The translations under genes were made by a program, and so were the position numbers. Below the pieces are notes generated by a model. The model was not told the origin of the DNA. It did not search any database and was given only the letters and a program-made list of their open reading frames with translations. Positions 10,888-21,168 of a stretch of DNA of 64,000 bases are shown piece after piece. Origin of the DNA: an uncultured delta proteobacterium (GTDB taxonomy: Bacteria > Myxococcota > Myxococcia > Myxococcales > Myxococcaceae); the NCBI GenBank assembly GCA_963776345.1, contig CAVZMH010000018.1, positions 64,001-128,000 of the forward strand, written 5' to 3'. Position 1 is the stretch's first letter, and each line of letters starts with the position of its first letter.

Positions 10888-12399
10888 GTGATCCGGCAGC
10901 CTCGCCTGGCCCTCCTGATGGCCCTGGCGCTCGCGGCGGTGACGGCCCTTGCCTTCTGGGACGAGGAGCGCGAGTCCGCCGCGGCGTTGAACGACTTCGC
11001 CCAGGAGCAGGGCCGGGCCAGCAAGATGATCGCCGCCGAGCTCGCCGGCCGCCTGGAGTACGCGGTCCGCGACGCGCGCATGCTCGCCGCCGAGCTGGCG
11101 CAGCCCGGCGAGCCGCCGACCCTCCCCACCACGTACCGCGGCTACCGGGTCGAGGGCGGGCCCTCCACCGGAGAGCCGCCCCACGGCACGCTGGCCATCG
11201 ACGTGACGCTGGCCGACGGCCGGCACGTCGAGCTGTTCGCCGAGACGGGGGTGATCTTCGCCGGTCTGCGGCGGCTCGAGCGGCCGGGGTCGCTGGAGAT
11301 CCTCGTCGCCCGTCCCGGGGACCCGCGGCTGTGGACCACCGACGGGAGCGCCCGCCCGGTGCCCTTCCTGGCGGCGGCCCTGGAGGGCGGACTGGGCAGT
11401 CTCCGCCTCAAGCCCGGCGAGGCCGCGAGCCTGGGGCTTCCCGCCCGCACCGCCTTCGCCGGCCTCAGCACCCACAGCGTCGATGGCGCCGGGACCTGGG
11501 GCGCGGTGGTGGTGGCCACCGCCGAGCGCGAACGCGACCGCGAGCGCCGGGCCCGCTGGCGGCTGGTGCTGGCGGTGGGCATCGGCTGCGGCCTGGTGCT
11601 GGCGTTCGGGGGGGTGGCGCTCCGGAACCAGCGCCGCGAGCTGGAGCTCGCCCGGGAGCTGGAGGTGGCCAGGCTGGTCCGCGAGCGGGACGAGCGGCTC
11701 GAGCGCGAGGGGCAGGCGGCGACCGTCCTCACCCTGGCCGGCGGCGTGGCGCACGAGATCTCCACCCCGCTGGCGGTCATCGTCGGCCGCTCCGAGCAGC
11801 TGCTCGAGCGGTTCGAGGGCGACGAGCGCGTCCGCCGCCCGCTCCAGGTCATCCTCGACCAGTGCCAGCGGATCAACGCGGTGGTGCGCGGTTTCCTCGC
11901 GCTGGCCCGGGGCGGCACGCCGGAGCTGAGCGACACCGACCCCGCGGACGTCGTGGCGGGCGCGGTGACCCTGGTCGAGCACCGGTTCCGCCGCTCCGGC
12001 GTGGCGCTGGCGTCGGAGATCTCGCCCGGCCTGCCCCACCTCCGCGCCAACCACCGGCTCCTGGAGCACGCCCTGGTGAACCTGCTCCTCAATGCCTGTG
12101 ACGCCTGCGCCCCGGGCGGCCGGGTGGTGGTGAGCGCCCAGCAGCGAGGCGAGGAGGTGACCCTCGACGTGCGCGACGACGGGGCGGGCATCCCGCCGGA
12201 GGCGGTCACCCGTGCCACCGAGCCCTTCTTCACCACCAAGAAGCCGGGGCAGGGGACGGGGCTGGGCCTGGCCATCGTCAGCGAGATCGTGAAGACCCAC
12301 CGGGGCTCGCTGGTCATCGGCTCGGCGCCGGGCCGGGGCACCCAGGCCACCATCACCCTGCCGGCAGGCCCGGAGGTGCTCCGTGCCGCGCACGCCTAG
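10888..12399 (+). CDS. Membrane sensor histidine kinase
   Basis: Two TM segments around a periplasmic domain; AGGVAHEISTPL; NLLLNACDA; GTGLGL. Confidence 0.9.
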   Translation: MIRQPRLALLMALALAAVTALAFWDEERESAAALNDFAQEQGRASKMIAAELAGRLEYAVRDARMLAAELAQPGEPPTLPTTYRGYRVEGGPSTGEPPHGTLAIDVTLADGRHVELFAETGVIFAGLRRLERPGSLEILVARPGDPRLWTTDGSARPVPFLAAALEGGLGSLRLKPGEAASLGLPARTAFAGLSTHSVDGAGTWGAVVVATAERERDRERRARWRLVLAVGIGCGLVLAFGGVALRNQRRELELARELEVARLVRERDERLEREGQAATVLTLAGGVAHEISTPLAVIVGRSEQLLERFEGDERVRRPLQVILDQCQRINAVVRGFLALARGGTPELSDTDPADVVAGAVTLVEHRFRRSGVALASEISPGLPHLRANHRLLEHALVNLLLNACDACAPGGRVVVSAQQRGEEVTLDVRDDGAGIPPEAVTRATEPFFTTKKPGQGTGLGLAIVSEIVKTHRGSLVIGSAPGRGTQATITLPAGPEVLRAAHA

Positions 12400-13741
12400 A
12401 CCGGCCAGGGTCCTGGTGGTGGACGACAGCGCCGAGCTGGCCTCCACCGTCGCCGACGGGCTGGAGGACCGGGGCTACCGCGCCCGGGCCTGCGGCTCGA
12501 GCGTGGAGGCGCTCCAGCTGCTCGAGGCCGAGGACTTCGACGCGCTGGTGACCGACCTCCGCATGCCCGAGGTGGACGGGCTGGGGCTCCTGGCCCACTC
12601 GCGCCGGCTCCTGCCCGAGCGGCCGGTGCTGGTGATGACCGCCTTCGCGGCCATCGACACCGCCATCGAGTCCATCCGGCGGGGCGCCTACCACTACCTC
12701 ACCAAGCCGTTCACCGTGGAGGAGCTGGCGCTCTTCCTCGGGCGCGCCCTGGACGAGGCGGCGGTGCGGCGCGAGGCGCGGGCTCTGAAGTCGGTGCTCG
12801 GAGAGCGCTTCGCCCCGGGCCAGTTCGTGGCCGAGAGCCCGGGGATGCGCAGGGTGCTCGAGGTGATGGAGCGGGTCGCCGACGCCGACGCTCCGCTCCT
12901 CATCCTCGGCGAGACCGGGACCGGCAAGAGCCTGGTGGCGCGCTCGCTCCATGCCGCGAGCCGTCGGGCCGCTGCGCCGTTCGTCACCCTCAACTGCGCC
13001 GCGGTGCCCGAGGCGCTTCTCGAGTCCGAGCTCTTCGGCCACGTGCGAGGCGCCTTCACCGGCGCCCTCGTGGACCAGCGCGGGCTCTTCACCGAGGCCG
13101 ACGGGGGGACGCTCTTCCTCGACGAGATCGGCGAGATGTCGCCCGCGCTGCAGGCCAAGCTGCTCCACGTGCTCGAGACCGGCCAGGTCCGCCCGGTGGG
13201 CGCGGCGCGCGAACGGGTGGTGGACGTCCGGGTCCTCGCCGCGACGCACCGCGACCTGCGCGAGCAGATCGCCAAGGGCGCGTTCCGGCAAGATCTCTTC
13301 TACCGGCTCGAGGTGGTCACCATCGAGCTGCCGCCGCTCCGGGCCCGGCGGGACGACCTCCCCGGGCTCATCGAGCACTTCTTCCGCGCCGCGCTGGCCA
13401 AGCACCCCACCTCCCCGGTGCGCTCGCTCTCGCCGGACGTGGTGCGGCAGCTGCTCGAGCACCGCTGGCCGGGCAACGTCCGGGAGCTGGCGCACGTCCT
13501 GGAGCGGGTGGTGCTACTCGGACGCGGCCCCGAGGCCGTCCCGGCCGACCTGCCCCCGCTGGTGGACGACCGCGAGCCGCCGCCCAACCGGTTCGGGCTC
13601 CCGGTGCGCTCCATCCGGCAGCTCCAGCGCGAGTACGCGTCCTGGGCCCTCGAGCAGCTCGGAGGCCACCGCGGACGGACCGCCGAGCAGCTCGGGGTGG
13701 ACGGGAAGACGCTGGCCAAGTGGCTCTCCGAGCCGGGCTGA
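12383..13741 (+). CDS. Sigma54-dependent NtrC-family response regulator
   Basis: REC domain, Walker A GETGTGKS, GAFTGA, FLDEIGE, WPGNVREL, C-terminal HTH. Confidence 0.95.
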   Translation: MPRTPRPARVLVVDDSAELASTVADGLEDRGYRARACGSSVEALQLLEAEDFDALVTDLRMPEVDGLGLLAHSRRLLPERPVLVMTAFAAIDTAIESIRRGAYHYLTKPFTVEELALFLGRALDEAAVRREARALKSVLGERFAPGQFVAESPGMRRVLEVMERVADADAPLLILGETGTGKSLVARSLHAASRRAAAPFVTLNCAAVPEALLESELFGHVRGAFTGALVDQRGLFTEADGGTLFLDEIGEMSPALQAKLLHVLETGQVRPVGAARERVVDVRVLAATHRDLREQIAKGAFRQDLFYRLEVVTIELPPLRARRDDLPGLIEHFFRAALAKHPTSPVRSLSPDVVRQLLEHRWPGNVRELAHVLERVVLLGRGPEAVPADLPPLVDDREPPPNRFGLPVRSIRQLQREYASWALEQLGGHRGRTAEQLGVDGKTLAKWLSEPG

Positions 13742-13744
13742 GCG

Positions 13745-13851
13745 GCCGCCTTCCGGCGACGACACCGAAACGTTTCCCAGGGCCGCCCGCCTTCCCTGAA
13801 GTGTCACAGAACGGTCGCAGGGGTCGTCCGCACGGCTGGTACATCGGCCGC
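13745..13851 (+). promoter_or_regulatory. Possible sigma54 promoter and activator sites for the downstream porin
   Basis: TGGTACATCGGCCGC (GG-N10-GC, 13837-13851, weak -12); upstream GGCCGCCTTCC and CGAAACGTTTCCCAG resemble the sites upstream of tolC. Confidence 0.4.
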
Positions 13852-13901
13852 GCCTCGGACACGCACACCCCGAAGGCCTCCCAGAGGAGGGGTCACTCAC
13901 A

Positions 13902-15355
13902 ATGTCTCGATCCAGGCCTTGGCTCGTCGGCGCGCTCCTGTTCGCCGGCGCCGCTCTCGCCCAGTCGTCACCCGCTCCCGCGACCGCGGGGACCGACGCG
14001 CAGCCCGCCGCTGGCGTGACGTCACCGCGGCTCCAGCCGGATCGCGCCTCGGCACCCGAAGCTCGCCAAGCCCCCGCCGCCGACGCAGGAGTTCATGAAG
14101 ACGAAGTGGGGCACCGAGTTCTACGGGTTCGTGGAACTCGATTCCATCTACGACAGCACGCAGAGCTTCAGCGACCTGCAGGGCAACGGGAACATCGTCC
14201 GGCCTGGCTCGTACGGCTACGTCCACCACCGGGTGCAGTTCACGCCCCGCAACTCGCGACTCGGCTTCCGGCTCAGCGCACCCGAGTAGAACGGGATCCG
14301 CGCCTCCGCCCTGGCGGAGATGGACTTCTTCGGCAACCAGCCGCCGGGTCCCCGTCGAACGCCAGCACCGCGGTCGGTGAGGGCGCGTTCTTCCAGAACC
14401 CCACCTTCCGGATCCGCCACTTCATGTTCAAGGCCGAGACGGACTACGTGGATCTCATGATGGGGCAGTACTGGAACCTCTTCGGCTGGCAGTCGTACTT
14501 CCACCCGAACTCGGTCAACCTGCAGGGCCTTCCGGGGCAGGTGTACTCCCGCAGCCCGCAGATCCGCCTGTCCCACACCTTCAAGTCCGACGCCGTTGAA
14601 CTTGGAGGTCGCCGTCGCTGCGCCGCGTCCGCCGCAGCGCGATGCGGGCCTCCCCGACGGTCAGGCCGGCCTCCGCTTCTTCCTGAACGACTGGAAGGGC
14701 TTCCACACCGCCGGCGGCACCGGCACGGCGCTCGACTCGGCAGCATCGGAGTGTCCGGCATCCTCCGGAAGTTCGAGCTTCCGGTCTACTCGGCCAGAGC
14801 GGGCGCGGCGACACGTCGACCTACGGCTGGGGCGTCTCCATCGACGGGCTCATCCCGATCATCCCGGCCAGCAAGACCGACCACGGGAACGCGCTCACCC
14901 TGACCGGCTCCTACGTGCGCGGCGCGGGCATCGCGGACATGTACACCGGCCTGACCGGCGGCGTGGCCGGCGTCGGCAACGCACCGGTCGGACGGCGGAC
15001 CTACACGTACACCGGCATCGACTCCGGCCTGGTCGGCCTTCGACAAGCAACGGCAACCTGGAGGCCATCAAGTGGACCACCTTCATCGTCGGCGCGCAGT
15101 ACTACCTGCCCACCAGCGACAACCTCTGGGTCAACGTCGTCTACTCCCGGAGCGTCTCGTACAACGAGCCAGCTCTACGGCGCGGCGACATCGGTGTGCT
15201 ACAACCAGTCGCAGTACGTCGAGGGCGACATCTTCTACGACCTGACCAAGGCCGTGCGCCTCGGCCTCGGGTACATGTACACGCGCCAGGAGTACGTGGA
15301 CGGCGCAGTCGCCGAGAACCACCGCGTGCAGCTCTCGGGCTGGTTCATCTTCTAG
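13902..15355 (+). pseudogene. Outer-membrane porin-like (DcaP-like) gene broken by several frameshifts and an in-frame TAG (14287-14289); may be sequencing error
   Basis: Fragments across frames: signal peptide; FYGFVELDSIYDSTQSF...RNSRLGFRL; RIRHFMFK...MGQYWNLFGWQ; YSRSPQIRLSH; C-terminal NHRVQLSGWFIF. Confidence 0.7.
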
Positions 15356-15454
15356 TCAGTCGACCGTTCGCTCGGGCCCCGTCCGGCATCCGCCGGGCGG
15401 GGTTCCGCGTCTCCCCGGGAACGTCTGGAGAACGCAGCGCGTCACGCCGGCCTG

Positions 15455-15557
15455 CGTTACCGAACGTAACGGGGCGTTACGCATTCACACGCGTCCCACG
15501 TGGTGGCGAGTGCAAACCCCTCGATTTCAGAGGCTTTTCCGATGGAACGTACCTTGC
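15455..15557 (+). promoter_or_regulatory. Activator site CGTTAC-N5-GTAACG plus sigma54 promoter of the porin gene
   Basis: CGTTACCGAACGTAACG (15455-15471), extra GTTAC (15476-15480), TGGAACGTACCTTGC (15543-15557). Confidence 0.8.
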
Positions 15558-15638
15558 CTACAGCGGGGTCGGAAAATGCCCATCTATGTCCGCTCGCCGG
15601 CGGGGGCGGGCGGCGCAGTCACACGGGAGAGGGGACGC

Positions 15639-16926
15639 ATGAAGCTCAAGAGATGGTCGTGGTGTCTCGGAGTCCTATGCGCGCTGGTGGCCGTGCGCGC
15701 TGAGGCGGCGAAGTTCTCATTCAGCGACAAGGGCTTCATCGACGTCGGCACGCTGATTCAGGGGCAGTACCGGATCGAGCAGGACGCGGCGCCGTCCGGC
15801 AAGGATCCATCGAACGACTTCCTGCTCCGTCGTGGCCGCATCATCATCTCGGGCCAGTACGACGAGCACATCGGGTTCTTCTTCGACACCGACGTGAGCT
15901 ACGGCCCGATCTCGACCGCCGTCGGAAGCAACTCGACGGCTGCGTCGACCGCGGCGGGCTGGAACATGAACATCTACGTGCTCGACGCGGTGGCCATCTA
16001 CAAGGTCAGCCGGTCGCTGATCATCGACGCCGGCCTCACGCTGCTCCCCTACAGCCACAACTCGCTGACCAACCCGGCAACCCTGGCCGGCATCAACGGG
16101 ACGTTCACCCCCTACTGGGCGCCCGGCAACCAGCGTGGCATTCCGGGACGCGGGCCTCGTCATCCGCGGCCTGATCCTCGATGATCGCCTCTACTACCGC
16201 CTGGGCGTCTTCAACGGCGTGCAGGGGGTGAAGAACACGGCCGCGGTCGGGGCGCCTTCGAACGGGAACAACCCCGGCGACGCGCCGAACTTCGCCGGCA
16301 TGCTCCGCTTCAACTTCGCCGGGAAGGAGGAGGGCTACGGGTTCTGCCAGATGTGCTTCGCCGCGAGCCCGATCATCAGCCTCGGCGTTTCCGCCGACGT
16401 CCAGCCCAACAGCTTCCGGGCCGTCGCTCCGACGGGTGCCACCACCGCCGCCACCCAGCTGGGGAGCCAGGCCTGGGCCAACTACAACGTCGATTTCTTC
16501 ATGGACGTCCCCTTCGGGAACGACATGGAGCTCTCGCTCGACGTGGTGGGCCAGCTGGTGAAGGCCGGTGACGGCGCTCCGCAGAGCGGCAAGAGCGTCA
16601 ACGGCATCGTCAGCTTCCGCTTCGGGCCGATCGCGCCCTCCTTCCAGATGGAGTGGTTCGACTCGGATTCCAACTACGTCGGCTTCACCACGCGTGGGCA
16701 CGACGCACCACCGGGTACACGGCGGGCGAACGTCACCACCTACCGCGGCGGCCTGACCTGGTACCTCTCCAAGCACAACTACAAGATTTCGGCGGAGATC
16801 GCCTTCCAGGACAAGGAGAACGCCGGCGCGTGGCCACGCACCCTGGGCCCCCCGGCGACCGTCACCATCGGCACCGTGCCGACCAACCACTGGGTCGGCA
16901 CGCTGCAGTTCCAGTCGTACTTCTAG
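15639..16926 (+). CDS. Porin (OprO/OprP-like), frameshift near 16140
   Basis: Signal peptide AEA-A; DFLLRRGRIIISGQ; RDAGLVIRG...YRLGVFNG; C-terminal LQFQSYF; joins ORFs 15510..16184 and 16135..16926. Confidence 0.8.
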
Positions 16927-17575
16927 ACGCTGCGGCGTAAGAGCACTCGAGGGCCGGATTCCCGCGCAGGGGTCCGGCCCTTCGTGCGTCCGCGGGCCAA
17001 GCGCAGGTCGACTGGCGACCCGGTTCCAGCGCGTGCGGGCCAGCCTGGCGGGCCTGCGCGGCACGGGGCTGGGGTTCGGGGTCGGGCGAAACACACTGCT
17101 CGAGCAGGGCCTACGAGCAGCACTGCGCGAGGAGGAGCTTTCAGCGCGCCGAGCTCGGCGTGAGCCCGAACGAGCCGAGCTCGCGCCGATGCTCGCACCC
17201 ATCACGCCCACCTCCCTGGGCGGCGCCTGGAGCTGAACGCGACCAGGAACCGCTCCATCAGCGTGCTCGAGAGGGAGGGGTGCTCGAGGAGGGCTCGGGC
17301 TGAGGCTCGGGCGGGGTGCACGAGAGGTTGCTCGGCACGAGTGCTCGGGAAGAGTCCTCGGAAGGAAGCCGGCCGGGCCTCGGGACGCCTCGCCCGGCGT
17401 GGAGCGGTCCCCGTGCCACCCGCCTGGATCGACCGGTGCCGTCCATCGCGGCTCGAGCCCCCAGCTCGCGCGCCGCCGGGCCTGCTCCGCTCGCGTCCCT
17501 CGGGACCCCGCCGCCCCTGAATCGCCTTCGCCCCCCCCGCATTGACCGCGGCGGCGAGCCCGTTCGCACCACGAC

Positions 17576-17624
17576 AAACGAACCGGCCGGCACCGCGCTC
17601 CGGGGGGAAGCGCGGGCCGGCCGG
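17576..17624 (-). terminator. Possible terminator hairpin after the MFS gene
   Basis: Long GC stem CCGGCCGGC...GCCGGCCGG followed on the minus strand by TTCGTTT. Confidence 0.35.
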
Positions 17625-17659
17625 CGATCGGGGAAGCACCCCGGGACGGCAGCTGACCG

Positions 17660-19295
17660 CTAGATGACGCCGATCTTGTGGTCCTTGGTCTCGCGAACGG
17701 CGATCGACCCGACGACGAAGGTCATCGCCGCCACGATGATCGGATACCAAAGGCCGTAGTAGATGTCCCCGGTGGTCGCCACCAGCGCTGCGGCTGTCAG
17801 CGGGAGCATGCCCCCGAACCATCCGTTGCCGATGTGGTAGGGCAGCGACATCGATGTGTACCGGATCCGGGTGGGGAACAGTTCCACCAGGAACGCGGCG
17901 ATGGGCCCGTACACCATGGTGACGTAGATCACCATGATCACCAGGATCAGCAGGACCATCGGCCAGTTCAGCCCCGCCGGATCGAACTTGGCCGGATAGC
18001 CGTGCGTGGCCAGAGCGGCAGCGACCTTGCCCTCGTAGGCCTTGATGGCGGCCGCATCCATTCCGCTGGTGGCCGGGATCTCGGTGTCGTTGATCCGGAG
18101 CAGCGGGGCCGCGCCGGGCGCGGCTTCGATGTTGGTGTAGCTCACGCTTCGCGAGGTCAGGACGTTCCGCACCCGGTCGCAGTCGCTGTACCGGGTGGTG
18201 GGCAGGGCGAAGATGTGGACCTGGCAGTCGGTGGCGGTGAGCGTGATCTTGTTGCTGGCGTTGAACCGCTCCAGCGCCGGGTTGGCGTAGTGGGTCAGTC
18301 CCTTGAAGAGCGGGAAGTAGGTGACCACCCCGAGGAGGCAGCCCACCATCATGATCCACTTCCGGCCGATCCGGTCGGAGAGCCGGCCGAAGACGATGAA
18401 GAACGGTGTGCCGATCACCAGGGAGGCGGCGATCAAGCAGATACACCGTCTCGAACGGGACCTTGAGCGTCGTCTGGAGGAAGAACAGTGCGTAGAACTG
18501 GCCCGTGTACCAGACCACGCCTTGCCCGGCGGTGGCGCCGATGAGGGCGAGGATGACGATCTTCAAGTTCGCCCACTGGCCGAAGCTCTCCGACAGCGGC
18601 GCCTTGCTCCCCTTGCCCTCCGCCTTCATCCGGCGAAACATCGGTGACTCGTTCAGCTTGAGCCGGATGTAGATCGAGATGACCAGCAGGATGATCGAGA
18701 GGATGAAGGGAATCCGCCAGCCCCATCTCTGGAAGTCCGCGGGGGCCATCACGTATCGGCAGATCCAGATGACCACCAGCGCCAGGAACAGACCCACCGT
18801 GGCGGTGGTCTGGATCCAAGCGGTGTGTCCGCCGCGCTTCTCCTCCGGGGCGTGCTCGGCGACGTAGGTGGCCGCGCCTCCGTACTCACCGCCCAGGGCC
18901 AGGCCCTGCGCCAGTCGGAGCAGGAGGAGCAGCGCTGGCGCCGCCATGCCGATGGCAGAGTAGGTGGGGAGGAAGCCCACCAGGGCCGTGGAGAGACCCA
19001 TCACCGTGATGGTCACCAGGAAGGTGTATTTCCGGCCGACCAGGTCACCGATGCGTCCGAAGAAGAGCGCGCCGAACGGACGCACCAGGAAGCCCGCCGC
19101 GTAGTTCACGAACGCGTTGAGGAGCGCGGTGGTCTGGTTGCCCGGGGGAAAGAACACGACGGCGAAGAACGGGGCCAGCACTGCGTAGATGTAGAAGTCG
19201 TACCACTCGAAGACGGTACCCAGGGACGACGCGAAGATGACGCGACGCTCTTCGCTCTTGTCGACCATGGGCAGGGACGATGCGGCGACGGCCAT
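17660..19295 (-). CDS. MFS transporter, metabolite:H+ symporter (MHS) family, frameshift near 18435
   Basis: ASSLGTVFEWYDFY, RPFGALFFGRIGDLVGRK, GGEYGGA, ELFPTRIRYTSMSLPYHIGNGWFGG. Confidence 0.92.
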
Positions 19296-19340
19296 CGGCT
19301 GCCTCCTTCAGGAAAGACGGGTGGGCATCTTCCGTAGACC

Positions 19341-19447
19341 GCAACATTCAAGCCAAGTTGCACACATCAACTCTGTCACCCGGTTCGAAGTTGACGCGTC
19401 GCACTAGCCGCGCAGAACGGTAACAGTCGACGTTACCTTCGGTAACG
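19341..19447 (-). promoter_or_regulatory. Sigma54 promoter plus CGTTAC-N5-GTAACG site of the MFS gene
   Basis: Minus strand TGGCTTGAATGTTGC (19355-19341); palindrome CGTTACCTTCGGTAACG (19431-19447); extra half-site at 19420-19424. Confidence 0.8.
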
Positions 19448-19633
19448 CCCTCCACCATCTCATGGCATCACGCGCGCCCCATCGAGCCCTCGATGGGGAA
19501 GACGTTGCTCGGCGTCACCGCACCGAACGGGGCGAGGCCGGTCATCGAGAGGCTCCCGTCGCCGAGCTCCAAGCTGCACGCCGCGTAACCGTCGGCAGAG
19601 AGTCACCATCCAGTGGCCCGGTCCGCCCTGATC

Positions 19634-19695
19634 GGTAACAGGTCCGTTACCTTCGGTAACACCTCGGCGCGCAGTCCTACTGCAATCCGATTGCA
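19634..19695. promoter_or_regulatory. Second copy of the activator block plus a separate palindrome
   Basis: GGTAACAGGTCCGTTACCTTCGGTAACA (19634-19661) mirrors 19419-19447; TGCAATCCGATTGCA at 19681-19695. Confidence 0.65.
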
Positions 19696-19738
19696 CGAAA
19701 ATAGGGCCAGTGGACCTCCCGAGCCTGGTGCTCGATGG

Positions 19739-21067
19739 TCAGCCCAAGAAGGCCCGGCTCACCGCGTAGTAGAGGGGCAGGAGCGTGACCGCGCTGTAGC
19801 CCAGGTAGCGGAAGAACCCCGGCATCCGGACGCCGGCGTGCTCGGCGATGGCCTTCACCATGAAGTTGGGCCCGTTGCCGATGTACGTGTTCGCGCCCAT
19901 CAGCACCGCGCCCAGGGAGATGGCGGTGAGGAGCTCCGCACCGCGTTCGCTCGCCACGAGCTGACCCAGGTTGGTGGCATCGGTGCCCATCTGGCCGCTG
20001 GCCGCCGAGGCGAACACCAGATAGGTGGGCGCGTTGTCCAGGAAGGAGGAGAGCGCGCCGGTGGCCCAGAAGTACTGCCACGGTTGGTGGAGCGCGAGCT
20101 CACCCCCTCGGGCATTGAGGATGGCCAGCGGAGGAATCATGGTGGCGAAGATCCCGGCGAAGAGGATCGCCACCTCCACGATGGGATGCCAGCTGAAGGA
20201 GTTCTCGGTGCGGAGCGCTCGCGGGGTGGTCAGCCAGCAGAGAGCGGTCACCAGCAACATCGCCCCGGTCTGCACCAGGACCGGAAGCCGCAGGGTGCCC
20301 GACACCAGCAGCACCGCCAGGAGTCCCCCGAGGTAGGCCAGGCTTCCCCAGCCGGCGATGTGGATCGGGATCTGGTGGGCCACGGCGATCTCGTCGAGGT
20401 CCCCCGGCCGCTCCAGATCTTCCCGGCGGAAGACCGTGGAGTCGACGATGTAGAAGACGACCAGCAGGGCGCCATTGACCAGGAGCCACGGCTTCCACAG
20501 CCCGAGGGTCCAGGTGAAGGGGACACCGCGAAGGTAGCCCAGGAACAGTGGCGGATCCCCCAGCGGTGTCAGAAGACCCCCGGCGTTCGCCGCCATGAAG
20601 ATGAAGAAGACCACCACGTGGGACTTCCGCAGCCGGACGGAGTTTGCCCGGAGGAGTGGACGGATCAGCACCATCGACGCGCCGGTGGTCCCGATCAGCG
20701 AGGCCAGGACGGCGCCGCTGCCGAGGAGGACCGCGTTCAGCCCGGGCGTCCCGGCCAGTGTGCCGCGAACGACCACCCCGCCGGCGATGACGAAGAGCGC
20801 CCCGAGGAGGACGATGAAGGCCAGGTACTCGCTCGCCGTGTGCAGCAGGGCTCCGGTGTCGAGCAGTGCCGTCCAGATCGCCACCGGTGCCCCGAGCGCC
20901 ACGCTCAGGAAGGCCTTGTTGCGGTTCCGCTCCCAGGTCCGGCCGGCGACCAGCGGCAGCACGGCGATGGCCAGAAGCATCAGGGCAAAGGGGATGATGC
21001 TCCAGGCGGGGAAGCGGTGACCGAGCTCTGAGGTCGAGGCGACCGCAACGACGACCGGACGGTGCAT
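19739..21067 (-). CDS. Putative sodium:proton antiporter (ion transporter superfamily, CitMHS_2-like)
   Basis: About 12 TM segments; IGTTGASMVLIRP, ANAGGLLTPLGDPPLFLG, LSSFLDNAPTY, TYIGNGPNFMVK. Confidence 0.85.
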   Translation of the reverse strand: MHRPVVVAVASTSELGHRFPAWSIIPFALMLLAIAVLPLVAGRTWERNRNKAFLSVALGAPVAIWTALLDTGALLHTASEYLAFIVLLGALFVIAGGVVVRGTLAGTPGLNAVLLGSGAVLASLIGTTGASMVLIRPLLRANSVRLRKSHVVVFFIFMAANAGGLLTPLGDPPLFLGYLRGVPFTWTLGLWKPWLLVNGALLVVFYIVDSTVFRREDLERPGDLDEIAVAHQIPIHIAGWGSLAYLGGLLAVLLVSGTLRLPVLVQTGAMLLVTALCWLTTPRALRTENSFSWHPIVEVAILFAGIFATMIPPLAILNARGGELALHQPWQYFWATGALSSFLDNAPTYLVFASAASGQMGTDATNLGQLVASERGAELLTAISLGAVLMGANTYIGNGPNFMVKAIAEHAGVRMPGFFRYLGYSAVTLLPLYYAVSRAFLG

Positions 21068-21168
21068 CCGGCGGACGTTAGTCGGGGCATGGCCGGTGTT
21101 GCATCGGGATGGCGCGACGGGCTGGAACCTGGGAACCTCTCCCGGCCCCAGACCTGGCGCTCTCAACG

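Noticed and set aside
14287..14289. In-frame TAG as pyrrolysine or programmed readthrough
   Set aside because: It sits among several indels in the same gene, one base from TAC (Tyr), and no pyl genes are present.
2871..15400. Genomic island integrated at tRNA-Lys
   Set aside because: No integrase or transposase, and I saw no duplicated tRNA 3' end; the excisionase-like domain belongs to a regulator fusion.
16927..17659. Small ORFs (e.g. 17033..17236) in the gap between the porin and the MFS gene
   Set aside because: No recognisable motif, no clear SD, and no convincing codon bias.
19463..19477. Plus-strand TGGCATCACGCGCGC as a sigma54 promoter
   Set aside because: Poor -12 element, only ~16 bp from the activator site, and no downstream gene.
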